64,000 bases of DNA, taken from Christensenellales bacterium (GTDB taxonomy: Bacteria > Bacillota > Clostridia > Christensenellales > UBA1431). The stretch covers positions 8,212 to 72,211 of the forward strand of contig JAXGXY010000006.1 of the NCBI GenBank assembly GCA_040772545.1, read 5' to 3'. The notes under the pieces were generated by a model that had not been told where the DNA came from, made no database searches, and was given only the letters and a program-made list of their open reading frames with translations. The number at the start of each line of letters is the position of its first letter. Within the stretch, counting starts at the first letter, position 1. A program made the position numbers and the translations under genes. Positions 56,910-64,000 of this stretch are shown one piece after another.

Positions 56910-57785
56910 TCATTTCGCGATCCGTGCAGCCGGTTTTGCGAAAACTTTTTTGCTGCGCGCATAATGGAACAGGTATTGCTGCACGATGCCCCCGTATTCA
57001 CCGAATCGCTCCCGGACGAACCGCTCGTTGTCCGCCGCCTTGACGGGGGCAGCGTAGACCTTGCTAAGGACCCGCTTGATCCATACGTCCCGCACGAACG
57101 CGCACCGGTGCCCCAGCGAAAACAGGAGGACGCAGTCGGCCACCTTGGGCCCCACGCCGCTAAAGGCCAGCAGCGCTTTTTTCGCCTCCTCATAGGGCAG
57201 GGCGCCGAGGGCGTGAAGGTCGAACCCGTCGGCCACCGCCCGCGCCGCAGAAAGGACGAAGGGCGCGCGGTAGCCCGTCCCCAGGCGGCGCAGGTCCTCC
57301 TCCGACGCCGCCGAAAGCGCTAAGGGCTCCGGGAACGCGAAGAACCCTTCCCCGATGGGCGCGCCGTACGCTTCGCACAGCCTGTTGACGAGGCCACGGA
57401 TGCGCCCGACATTGTTGTTGGAGGAAAGGATGAACGTAATGAGCGTCTCGAACGGAGACTGGCAAAGCACCCTCAGCCCCCGACCGAAGCTAACGGCCGC
57501 CTCGAAGAAACTGTCCCGGGGCAGGGCGGACAGGAGCCTGCCGTATTCGGTGCCGAGGTCGAAATACCCGTGCCAGATGCGCCAAAACTCCGCTTCGGTG
57601 CACGGCCAGAGCCGGACGTTTCCGCCTTTTTTCTCCACGTGCAGCACGCGGCCGTGGGCCACGCCCGTATACCCGCCGCCGTCGGGCGCGAACCGGAAGC
57701 ACTGGCCGCATTCGAAGATGTGCCGCGGCTCGAAATGGTCCGCGCCGGCCAGCAGGGCGCCCTGCCCGTCGAAGACGACACGCAT
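56910..57785 (-). CDS. ogg: 8-oxoguanine DNA glycosylase / HhH-GPD family base-excision enzyme
   Basis: The N-terminal domain is OGG_N-like (F.ECGQCFRF). The HhH-GPD block is GVGPKVADCVLLF with a downstream Asp. RBS AAAGGAGGAAA is present. Confidence 0.7.
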   Translation of the reverse strand: MRVVFDGQGALLAGADHFEPRHIFECGQCFRFAPDGGGYTGVAHGRVLHVEKKGGNVRLWPCTEAEFWRIWHGYFDLGTEYGRLLSALPRDSFFEAAVSFGRGLRVLCQSPFETLITFILSSNNNVGRIRGLVNRLCEAYGAPIGEGFFAFPEPLALSAASEEDLRRLGTGYRAPFVLSAARAVADGFDLHALGALPYEEAKKALLAFSGVGPKVADCVLLFSLGHRCAFVRDVWIKRVLSKVYAAPVKAADNERFVRERFGEYGGIVQQYLFHYARSKKVFAKPAARIAK

Positions 57786-57896
57786 CCTGTTTCCTCCTTT
57801 CGTTAGAAAAAAGCCGCATCGGCTGCGGCCCCACGGTTCTGTTGAGGGTTATCCTAAGCGACAATACGCCATAGACGTATCGCCGCTACCTCGAGA

Positions 57897-57922
57897 CAAA
57901 AAACGGCGCTGTTCGCGCCGTT
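57897..57922 (-). terminator. Intrinsic terminator after rpmA (second of two)
   Basis: The minus-strand RNA reads ACGGCGC-gaaca-GCGCCGU followed by UUUUUGUC. Confidence 0.75.
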
Positions 57923-57933
57923 TCGACCGACAA

Positions 57934-57962
57934 GAAAACCGGGCGGCCGCTTGCCGCCGGCC
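57934..57962 (-). terminator. Intrinsic terminator after rpmA (first)
   Basis: The minus-strand RNA reads CCGGCGGC-aagc-GGCCGCCCGG (one bulge) followed by UUUUCUUG. Confidence 0.55.
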
Positions 57963-57977
57963 ATGATACACAGGCGC

Positions 57978-58268
57978 TCAGTTGGACGCGGCTTTCGGGT
58001 ACACGCTGACCCGCTTGGTGTACTTGTTCCTGCGCTCGTACCGCACCACGCCGTCGACCTTCGAGAACAGGGTATCGTCCCCGCCCCGGCCGACGTTGAT
58101 GCCCGGATGTATCTTCGTGCCGCGCTGGCGCACCAGGATGTTGCCGGCCAGCACGAACTGCCCGTCCGCGCGTTTGGCCCCGAGGCGCTTTGACTCGCTG
58201 TCGCGCCCGTTCCTGGAGCTGCCGACGCCTTTTTTATGTGCAAAAAGCTGCAGATCTATTCTCATCAT
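57978..58268 (-). CDS. rpmA: 50S ribosomal protein L27 (with cleavable N-terminal extension)
   Basis: The product starts [24 protein letters not shown]. The propeptide form is typical of Firmicutes that carry Prp. Confidence 0.95.
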   Translation of the reverse strand: MMRIDLQLFAHKKGVGSSRNGRDSESKRLGAKRADGQFVLAGNILVRQRGTKIHPGINVGRGGDDTLFSKVDGVVRYERRNKYTKRVSVYPKAASN

Positions 58269-58271
58269 CGG

Positions 58272-58607
58272 CTACACCTCCTTCTCTATCACCTTCACAT
58301 GTTTGGGGTATTGCTCGGCGATGTTTTTCAACCCGAGCAACATCGTCTCGAACAGTATGCTCGCGTTCACCCGCGCCTGCTGGGGGGAAAAAGCCGGGAG
58401 CCTGCACGCGAGCCTGCCCTCTTCCATCTGGACCAGCACTTCCAGGTAGGCCGTTTCCTTCAGTCCTATGACCGTCGTCTGCGCTACGGCGGAAACGGCG
58501 CTGCACACGATATCGCTTCCGGCCTCGCTGTAATCCGTGTGCCCGGTTACCTCAAAGCCCGTGATCCCGTGCGAGTCCCTGTAAAAAGTCGCTGTCGTCA
58601 TGCTCAA
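58272..58607 (-). CDS. prp: Ribosomal-processing cysteine protease Prp (YsxB family)
   Basis: The gene lies between rplU and rpmA. The product (GF.V.GH........DIVCSAVS) carries the catalytic His/Cys. Confidence 0.9.
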   Translation of the reverse strand: MSMTTATFYRDSHGITGFEVTGHTDYSEAGSDIVCSAVSAVAQTTVIGLKETAYLEVLVQMEEGRLACRLPAFSPQQARVNASILFETMLLGLKNIAEQYPKHVKVIEKEV

Positions 58608-58915
58608 GCACCTGCGATCGCGGTGATTTCAACTTTTGTGAACGGCTGCCTGTGGCCTTGTTTCCTCCGGTAGTTCTTCTTCGCCTTGAACTTGTATACG
58701 ACGATCTTCTTGCCCCTGCCGTGCAAAATCACCTTGCCCGTCGCCTGCACGCCTTCCACGAGCGGCGTGCCCACTAGCACATCATCGTCCCTGGAAACCA
58801 TCAGCACGTCGAAGGCGACCTCTTCGCCCTCGGCGGCGGCCAGCTTCTCGATATAGATCACGTCGCCCGGGGATACCCGGTACTGTTTTCCTCCCGTTTT
58901 AATGACGGCATACAT
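58604..58915 (-). CDS. rplU: 50S ribosomal protein L21
   Basis: The product starts [16 protein letters not shown] and ends with HRQPFTK. It is 103 aa. Confidence 0.95.
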   Translation of the reverse strand: MYAVIKTGGKQYRVSPGDVIYIEKLAAAEGEEVAFDVLMVSRDDDVLVGTPLVEGVQATGKVILHGRGKKIVVYKFKAKKNYRRKQGHRQPFTKVEITAIAGA

Positions 58916-59041
58916 AGCCTGTTCGCACCTCCTCCGCCCAGTCTCGCCGAAAGCGGGCTCGCATGCCTGCGCACGCGGATTGAAAGGCCCCTTTCGAGCG
59001 GCTTACCAGCGCATTGTATCATACCGCGTTTCCCGTGTCAA
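58916..59041 (-). promoter_or_regulatory. rplU promoter plus about 95-nt structured leader (position of the Firmicute L21 leader)
   Basis: On the minus strand: TTGACA (59036-59041), a 17-nt spacer, then TACAAT (59013-59018). The leader contains GC-rich hairpins. Identity with the Rfam L21 leader was not verified. Confidence 0.5.
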
Positions 59042-60579
59042 TATTCGATGGCGTCCGGCCATTTTCTGAGCACGGTCTCTCGGTCCGGCGCGCCTTCGAG
59101 GGTGAACTGCACCCTGTGCACATGTTCGTCGCCCACCAGCATCATCCTGCGCCCGCCAAGCGAAGGGAGAAACCCGGCGTCCTCGTCCCTCTTTTTCAGG
59201 ATGTTGGCGGCGACGGAAAGGTTAAGATGCGCCACGATGACCTTATCGTCCCGGGAGCGCGCGAACTTGATGATCTCCTTGCGCACCCTGAGGGCTATCG
59301 TGTCCTCGGAATACACCTTCCCCACCCCGTCGCAGTAGGGACATGTGCTCTGCATCACGTCGGACACGCGCTGGCGGATCTTGCGCCGCGTCATTTCCAC
59401 GAGGCCGAGGCTGGTCATGCCCAGGACGTTGGTTTTGGTGCGGTCGCCCCTCAGGGCTTCGCGCAGCGTTTCGACCACCTGTTCCCCGTGTTTCTCGTCC
59501 TCCATGTCGATGAAGTCGATGATGATGATGCCGCTGATGTCGCGCAGCTTGAGCTGTTTTGCGATCTCTTTTGCCGCGAGGAGGTTGGTTTCCAGTATGG
59601 TCTGCTGCAGGCTGTCGTTGCCGACGAACTTGCCCGTGTTCACGTCCACGGTGGTCAGCGCCTCCGTCTGGTCGAACACGAGGTAGCTCCCGTTCTTGAG
59701 CCAGACCTTGCGCGCGAGCGACTTGTCGATCTTGGTTTCCAGGCTATAGCGGTCGAAGAGTTCCCCTTCGCCGTCGTAGTAATGGATGTTCTTGGTAAGC
59801 CAGGGCGTGACGATGTTGGACAGCGCGACGGCTTTTTCGTAATAATCGCGGTCGTTGATGTACATCCTTTCGATGTCCGCGTCGAATATGTCGCGGATGG
59901 TCCTGAAAACCAGGCTTTCCTCCAGATGAACAAGCCTCGGCGCCTTCACGCTCTGGCATTTTTGCTGGATCTTGTCCCAGAGCCGGCAGAGGAACCTCAG
60001 TTCCGCCTTGAAGTCTTCCGCGCCCTTGCCCACGGCCGCGGTGCGCACGATGATGCCCATCGTCCTTGGCTTGATCTCCTCGATCAGCGTCTTGAGGCGG
60101 GTGCGCTCGCTGCCTTCCGTGTCCTCGATGCGGCGCGAGACGCCGACGTAGTTGACGGTGGGCATCAGCACGAGCAGCCGTCCCGGGAGCGTGACGTGGA
60201 TGGTCACGCGCGCGCCCTTGGTCCCGGTGGGTTCCTTGATGACCTGCACCATGATCTCCTGGTTGGGATACAGTAGCTCCTTGATGTCCGGGATGCTGCC
60301 CTTGTCCAGCGGCGGCGCCTTGCCGTTCCCGTCGAACTCGAAGTTGGACTGGTCGACGTAGACGTCCCCGGCGTACAAAAACGCGTTCTTATCGAGCCCG
60401 ATGTCGACGAAGGCGGCCTGCATGCCCGGTAGTATGTTCTGTACGCGTCCTTTGTAGATGTTGCCCACCATGCACTGTTTGTGCCGGCGCTCGATGTAAA
60501 TCTCGGAAAGCTCTTTGTTTTCGACCAACGCGACGCGCGTCTGGTAAGGGTGGATGTCCACCAGTATTTCTTTTTGCAT
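59038..60579 (-). CDS. rng: Ribonuclease G/E family endoribonuclease
   Basis: ATG is at 60579 (MQKEILVD...). The S1 domain is GNIYKGRV.NILPGMQAAFVDIG. The catalytic region is IIIDFIDM. The product is 513 aa. Confidence 0.9.
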   Translation of the reverse strand: MQKEILVDIHPYQTRVALVENKELSEIYIERRHKQCMVGNIYKGRVQNILPGMQAAFVDIGLDKNAFLYAGDVYVDQSNFEFDGNGKAPPLDKGSIPDIKELLYPNQEIMVQVIKEPTGTKGARVTIHVTLPGRLLVLMPTVNYVGVSRRIEDTEGSERTRLKTLIEEIKPRTMGIIVRTAAVGKGAEDFKAELRFLCRLWDKIQQKCQSVKAPRLVHLEESLVFRTIRDIFDADIERMYINDRDYYEKAVALSNIVTPWLTKNIHYYDGEGELFDRYSLETKIDKSLARKVWLKNGSYLVFDQTEALTTVDVNTGKFVGNDSLQQTILETNLLAAKEIAKQLKLRDISGIIIIDFIDMEDEKHGEQVVETLREALRGDRTKTNVLGMTSLGLVEMTRRKIRQRVSDVMQSTCPYCDGVGKVYSEDTIALRVRKEIIKFARSRDDKVIVAHLNLSVAANILKKRDEDAGFLPSLGGRRMMLVGDEHVHRVQFTLEGAPDRETVLRKWPDAIEY

Positions 60580-60626
60580 TCGACAACCTGCTTTCCCAAA
60601 CTGTATGCAAATCAATAGTTATCAGC

Positions 60627-61295
60627 TTAATTTCCCTTAACGCCCTCGAACAGGCTCCGGCCCGTTTCCGTGACCAGGTCGAGGCGCCGGGCCCGAAAAG
60701 GCGTTTGGGCCGGGAGGCCCGCCTCCTCCCATACGGCCCGCATCAGCAGCGAAGGGGAGAGGGCGCCGAGCGCATCCGCGCGGAGCCGGACGGTGACGCC
60801 TTTTCCTTCCGGCTTCCACGCATAGACCATGGCCCGGATATCGACGTCCTGTTCCCCGCCTTTGCCGGCTTTGCGCGCCGTCACCGACGCTTTTGACATA
60901 AACGCCCGCGTCCCCATTATTAGCGCCTCGCCGGATTCGGCCGTGATACGATAGTCGGAAGCGTGCATCAGGGCGCTCAGTTTCTGGCCTCCCTGAGCGA
61001 CGCACAGGGCGCTGACGCCGAACCCTTCCGGCAGGGCTGCGCTCAGCCTCAGCCGGCACTCGTGCGGGTCGGCCGGGCGGGTAAGCCTTATGTCCGCGTA
61101 TTCCCCGTCGCTGGTGAACCCGAGCCCGAGCGCGAGCGGGAACGAGATCTGCGCGTGGGGATGGAATCCCCTGGTATAGGCGACCGGCAGCCCACAGCGA
61201 CGGAGCGCGCGCTGGAGCATGGCCTGCATGTCGAGGTGGGACAAAAGCCGGACCGGTTCCTCCTTGCTCAGGCGCAGGATCATTCTGTGCGGCAT
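60627..61295 (-). CDS. TIGR03936-family (DUF2344) radical-SAM-associated protein
   Basis: The product (RLSKEEPVRLLSHLDMQAMLQRALRR..LPVAYT.GFHPH..ISF) is the family signature. An alternative ATG at 61283 overlaps the upstream stop (ATGA). Confidence 0.75.
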   Translation of the reverse strand: MPHRMILRLSKEEPVRLLSHLDMQAMLQRALRRCGLPVAYTRGFHPHAQISFPLALGLGFTSDGEYADIRLTRPADPHECRLRLSAALPEGFGVSALCVAQGGQKLSALMHASDYRITAESGEALIMGTRAFMSKASVTARKAGKGGEQDVDIRAMVYAWKPEGKGVTVRLRADALGALSPSLLMRAVWEEAGLPAQTPFRARRLDLVTETGRSLFEGVKGN

Positions 61296-63157
61296 ACTTC
61301 CTCCAATCCGCAGCCCCTGCAACCGTTCCTGCAATCCGGGGTGGTTTCGCCCTGACGCGCTTTTTTGTTTTCTTCCCACAGGTACTCCTTCGTGACACCG
61401 GCGTCCAGATGGTCGTAGGGGAACACCTCGTCGAAGCCGCGCCTGCGCCCGGCATAGAACGCCGGGTCGGCGCCGGCCTCGTCGAACGCCCGCATCCAGG
61501 CGTCATAATCGAAATACTCGTTCCAGCCGTCGAACCGGCAATTAAGGGCGTGCGCCCGTTCGAGCACGGCGCAAAGGCGCCTGTCCCCGCGCGCGAAGCA
61601 GGCTTCCAGTACGCTGGTCCTCGGGTCGTGCCAGTTGAAGTGGATGAACTTACGGTTCAGGCGCGACTGCAGGTGCCGTTGCTTCTGCCTTATCACGTCG
61701 AGGGGGTCCTGCGGCTCCCACTGGAACGGCGTGAACGGCTTGGGCACGAACGTCGAGGCGCTCACGTGCACGTCGAGGCCGCGGGGGCGCTTTTCACTGT
61801 TCACGCCGAAATAGCAGTCCACGACGCGCTCGGTCAGGTCGGCGATCGCGTCGAGGTCCTTTGGCGTCTCGGTGGGCAGGCCGATCATGAAATAGAGCTT
61901 CACACGGTTCCATCCGCTTTCGAAAGCGGCCGTCATCGTCTTAACGAGGTCCTCCTCGGTGACTCCCTTGTTGATGACGTCCCTGAGGCGCTGGCTTCCG
62001 GCCTCGGGCGCGAAGGTCAGGCCCGTCTTGCGCACGCGCCGCATCTGGTCGGCGTAACCCTGGGCGAACGAATCGAGACGGAGCGAAGGCAGGGCGATGG
62101 AGACGCCCTGCTTGCCGTGCTCGTTTACGAGCCCGGTGATCAGCCGGTCGAGATGCGGGTAGTCGCCGCTGGAGAGCGAACTCAACGACACTTCCTCGTA
62201 CCCCGTGCTCCGAAGCGACGCGCGGGCCTGTTTTTCCAGCGTTTCCGGCCCGCGTTCGCGCACCGGCCGGTAGACGTAGCCCGCCTGGCAGAACCGGCAG
62301 CCCCGGGTGCAGCCCCTGAACAGTTCGAGCGTGACGCGGTCGTGGACGATCTTTATATAGGGCACGATGATCCCGGTGGGGAACGGCGCCGCGTCCAGGT
62401 CCCTAAGGACCGCCTTTCGCACCCTTGGGGGGACGCCCGCGCGGTTGGGCCTGACGCTCTCGATCCGTCCGTCGTCGCGGTAGGCGGCCGTATAGAACCG
62501 CGGCACGTAGGCGCCGGGGACTTCTTTGGCGATGGCCGCGAGCAGTTCATCTTTGGGGAGGCCCCGGTTTCGCCGGTACACCTCGACGAGCTTCGTTGCC
62601 GCTTCCTCGCCGTCGCCCAGGAGCACGACGTCCAGGAAATCGGCGAGCGGCTCCGGATTGAAGGCGCAGGGCCCTCCTGCGACGATGAGGGGCATGTCCT
62701 CCCCGCGGTCGGCCGACCTAAGGGGGATGCCGCCGAGGTCGAGCATGTTCAAAACGTTGGAGTAGCTCATCTCGTACTGCAGGGTGAACCCCGCGATGTC
62801 GAACTCGCAAAGGGCAGAGTAGGTTTCGAGCGAGAAAAGCGCCACGGCGTTTTCCCGCATCAGGGCCTCCATGTCCGGCCACGGCGCGAACACGCGCTCG
62901 CAGTAGGTGTCCTCGCGGCTGTTCAACACATGGTAGAGGATGCGCATCCCGAGATGCGACATTCCCACTTCGTACACGTCCGGGAAACAGAAAGCGAACC
63001 GAACATCAACGGTATCCGGATCTTTCCTGCACATGTTCAATTCGTTTCCTGTATATCGCGCCGGCTTTTCCACCGAGCATAATAAATGGTCCAGAGGATG
63101 TCGTTTCAACGCAGCTTCCCCTAACGCACGAACGTCCAGCCCGGCTGTACGAAGCAT
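61280..63157 (-). CDS. TIGR03960-family B12-binding-domain radical SAM protein
   Basis: The N-terminus is VEKPARYTGNELN. The radical SAM cluster is CTRGCRFCQAG. The protein is 625 aa. Confidence 0.85.
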   Translation of the reverse strand: MLRTAGLDVRALGEAALKRHPLDHLLCSVEKPARYTGNELNMCRKDPDTVDVRFAFCFPDVYEVGMSHLGMRILYHVLNSREDTYCERVFAPWPDMEALMRENAVALFSLETYSALCEFDIAGFTLQYEMSYSNVLNMLDLGGIPLRSADRGEDMPLIVAGGPCAFNPEPLADFLDVVLLGDGEEAATKLVEVYRRNRGLPKDELLAAIAKEVPGAYVPRFYTAAYRDDGRIESVRPNRAGVPPRVRKAVLRDLDAAPFPTGIIVPYIKIVHDRVTLELFRGCTRGCRFCQAGYVYRPVRERGPETLEKQARASLRSTGYEEVSLSSLSSGDYPHLDRLITGLVNEHGKQGVSIALPSLRLDSFAQGYADQMRRVRKTGLTFAPEAGSQRLRDVINKGVTEEDLVKTMTAAFESGWNRVKLYFMIGLPTETPKDLDAIADLTERVVDCYFGVNSEKRPRGLDVHVSASTFVPKPFTPFQWEPQDPLDVIRQKQRHLQSRLNRKFIHFNWHDPRTSVLEACFARGDRRLCAVLERAHALNCRFDGWNEYFDYDAWMRAFDEAGADPAFYAGRRRGFDEVFPYDHLDAGVTKEYLWEENKKARQGETTPDCRNGCRGCGLEEVCRTE

Positions 63158-63186
63158 GCCTGGTCTTATGTCATGGTAACATTTTT

Positions 63187-64000
63187 TTACCGGCCGGTCA
63201 ATTTATCTTGCCCGTTGAGCCGGGCGTCGAGGCCTTCGTCGAGCGCCCGGCGGACCAGGTCCGTCTCCTCGATCTCGTAGAGCGGGCGCAGGTCGTCGTC
63301 CATCACGACGATCCTGGTGAGCTGGGAATGCGGAAGGGTCCTTAACACCTCGCCGACGCTGGACCCCTTCTTTACGGCAACGAGGCGCATCCTGGCCACG
63401 CGGTCCCGCTCGAAGGCGTCCGTCTTGCTGGTCAGCGCCCTGAAATACCCGGATATGTTGGCGTTTTCCTGGTTCGCGCCCATGAAGAGGAAGACGCCGA
63501 TGGGCAGAGCCATCCACTGGGGCGCGCCCCTTGTAAGGCTGTAGACGAACAGCGCCAGTATCCCCGCCGCGATCCCTCTGGACACCCATACGCACGCGCG
63601 CGTCGCCCGCACCACCCCCACGACGCTCATCAGCATCGCCCTGAACGCGCGCCCCCCGTCCAGCGGCAGGGCCGGCAGTAGGTTGAACGCGCAGATCGTC
63701 AGGTTGGCGGTGATGAACGGCGTGAGGACGTCGCTTTTGAGCACGGTGTCCTGCAGGGCGATCGCGCCCATCGCGAGCACGAGGCTGACCACCGGCCCGA
63801 ACAGCGCGACGACCGCCTCGCGCCAGCCCGCCTGCTCCAGCGGCATATTCAGCCTCAGCACGCCGCCCAGCGGAAAAAAACGGACCTCTTGCACCGGGAG
63901 CCCGAGCGCGCGCGCGCAAAGCGCGTGCCCGATCTCGTGCAGGCCGATGACCAGCACGGCGACGGCGAGCAGGTTCCCAAGGCCAAGCACCAGCATAACC
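63187..64000 (-). CDS. spoIVFB: M50 site-2 protease with C-terminal CBS-like domain (SpoIVFB-like), 5' end may lie beyond the window
   Basis: The product has HEIGHAL (HExxH) and NLLPALPLDGG (the LDG motif). The frame is still open at base 64000. The gene order matches spoIVFB ... rplU-prp-rpmA of spore-formers. Confidence 0.6.
   Translation of the reverse strand, partial: VMLVLGLGNLLAVAVLVIGLHEIGHALCARALGLPVQEVRFFPLGGVLRLNMPLEQAGWREAVVALFGPVVSLVLAMGAIALQDTVLKSDVLTPFITANLTICAFNLLPALPLDGGRAFRAMLMSVVGVVRATRACVWVSRGIAAGILALFVYSLTRGAPQWMALPIGVFLFMGANQENANISGYFRALTSKTDAFERDRVARMRLVAVKKGSSVGEVLRTLPHSQLTRIVVMDDDLRPLYEIEETDLVRRALDEGLDARLNGQDKLTGR

Overview
This 64-kb chromosomal window comes from a high-GC Gram-positive genome. 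The gene order spoIVFB / radical-SAM pair / rng / rplU-prp-rpmA suggests a Clostridia-like spore-former (inference).

(1) 1-4.6 kb holds small redox and stress genes: OsmC-like, PNPOx-like, an [FeFe]-hydrogenase-like protein, a cold-shock protein, a flavodoxin and a cupin.

(2) 4.7-19.2 kb (minus strand) is a B12-dependent 1,2-propanediol utilisation (pdu) microcompartment operon. The order is pduA-B-C-D-E-G-H-K(like)-L-eutJ-pduM(like)-N-O-P-S-T-U(like). It is divergent from a PocR-domain histidine kinase and an AraC-output response regulator (19.4-21.7 kb).

(3) 22.0-25.4 kb holds a btuFCD-like importer bracketed by two paralogous cobalamin riboswitches. The downstream copy has no gene to control and points antisense into the pdu regulator genes.

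(4) 25.4-27.5 kb is a satellite microcompartment (BMC) locus with a frameshifted pduV/eutP, an EutS/PduU-type shell gene and an MtnK-family kinase.

(5) 27.7-37.2 kb is a mosaic accessory patch with AT-rich segments and gene remnants. It carries a lipoprotein, an ADP-ribosylglycohydrolase, a DUF2779 nuclease-like protein, a WYL regulator, a CX5R phosphatase, a membrane protein and a C_GCAxxG_C_C protein. It ends at tRNA-Pro(CGG) and tRNA-Thr(CGT). I found no integrase or transposase.

(6) 37.4-64 kb is housekeeping:
- an HD-domain, helical-repeat and TPR gene set, then hslO, a methyltransferase and an M20 amidohydrolase;
- a lysine-riboswitch-controlled asd-dapA-dapB operon, with dapB fused to ACT domains;
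- two lipoproteins;
- purE-F-M-N-H-D, guaB and ogg;
- rplU-prp-rpmA, RNase G, the TIGR03936/TIGR03960 radical-SAM pair and a partial spoIVFB-like M50 protease.

No CRISPR array, rRNA or obvious mobile element was seen. All calls come from reading the sequence and ORF translations by eye; no database search was run.
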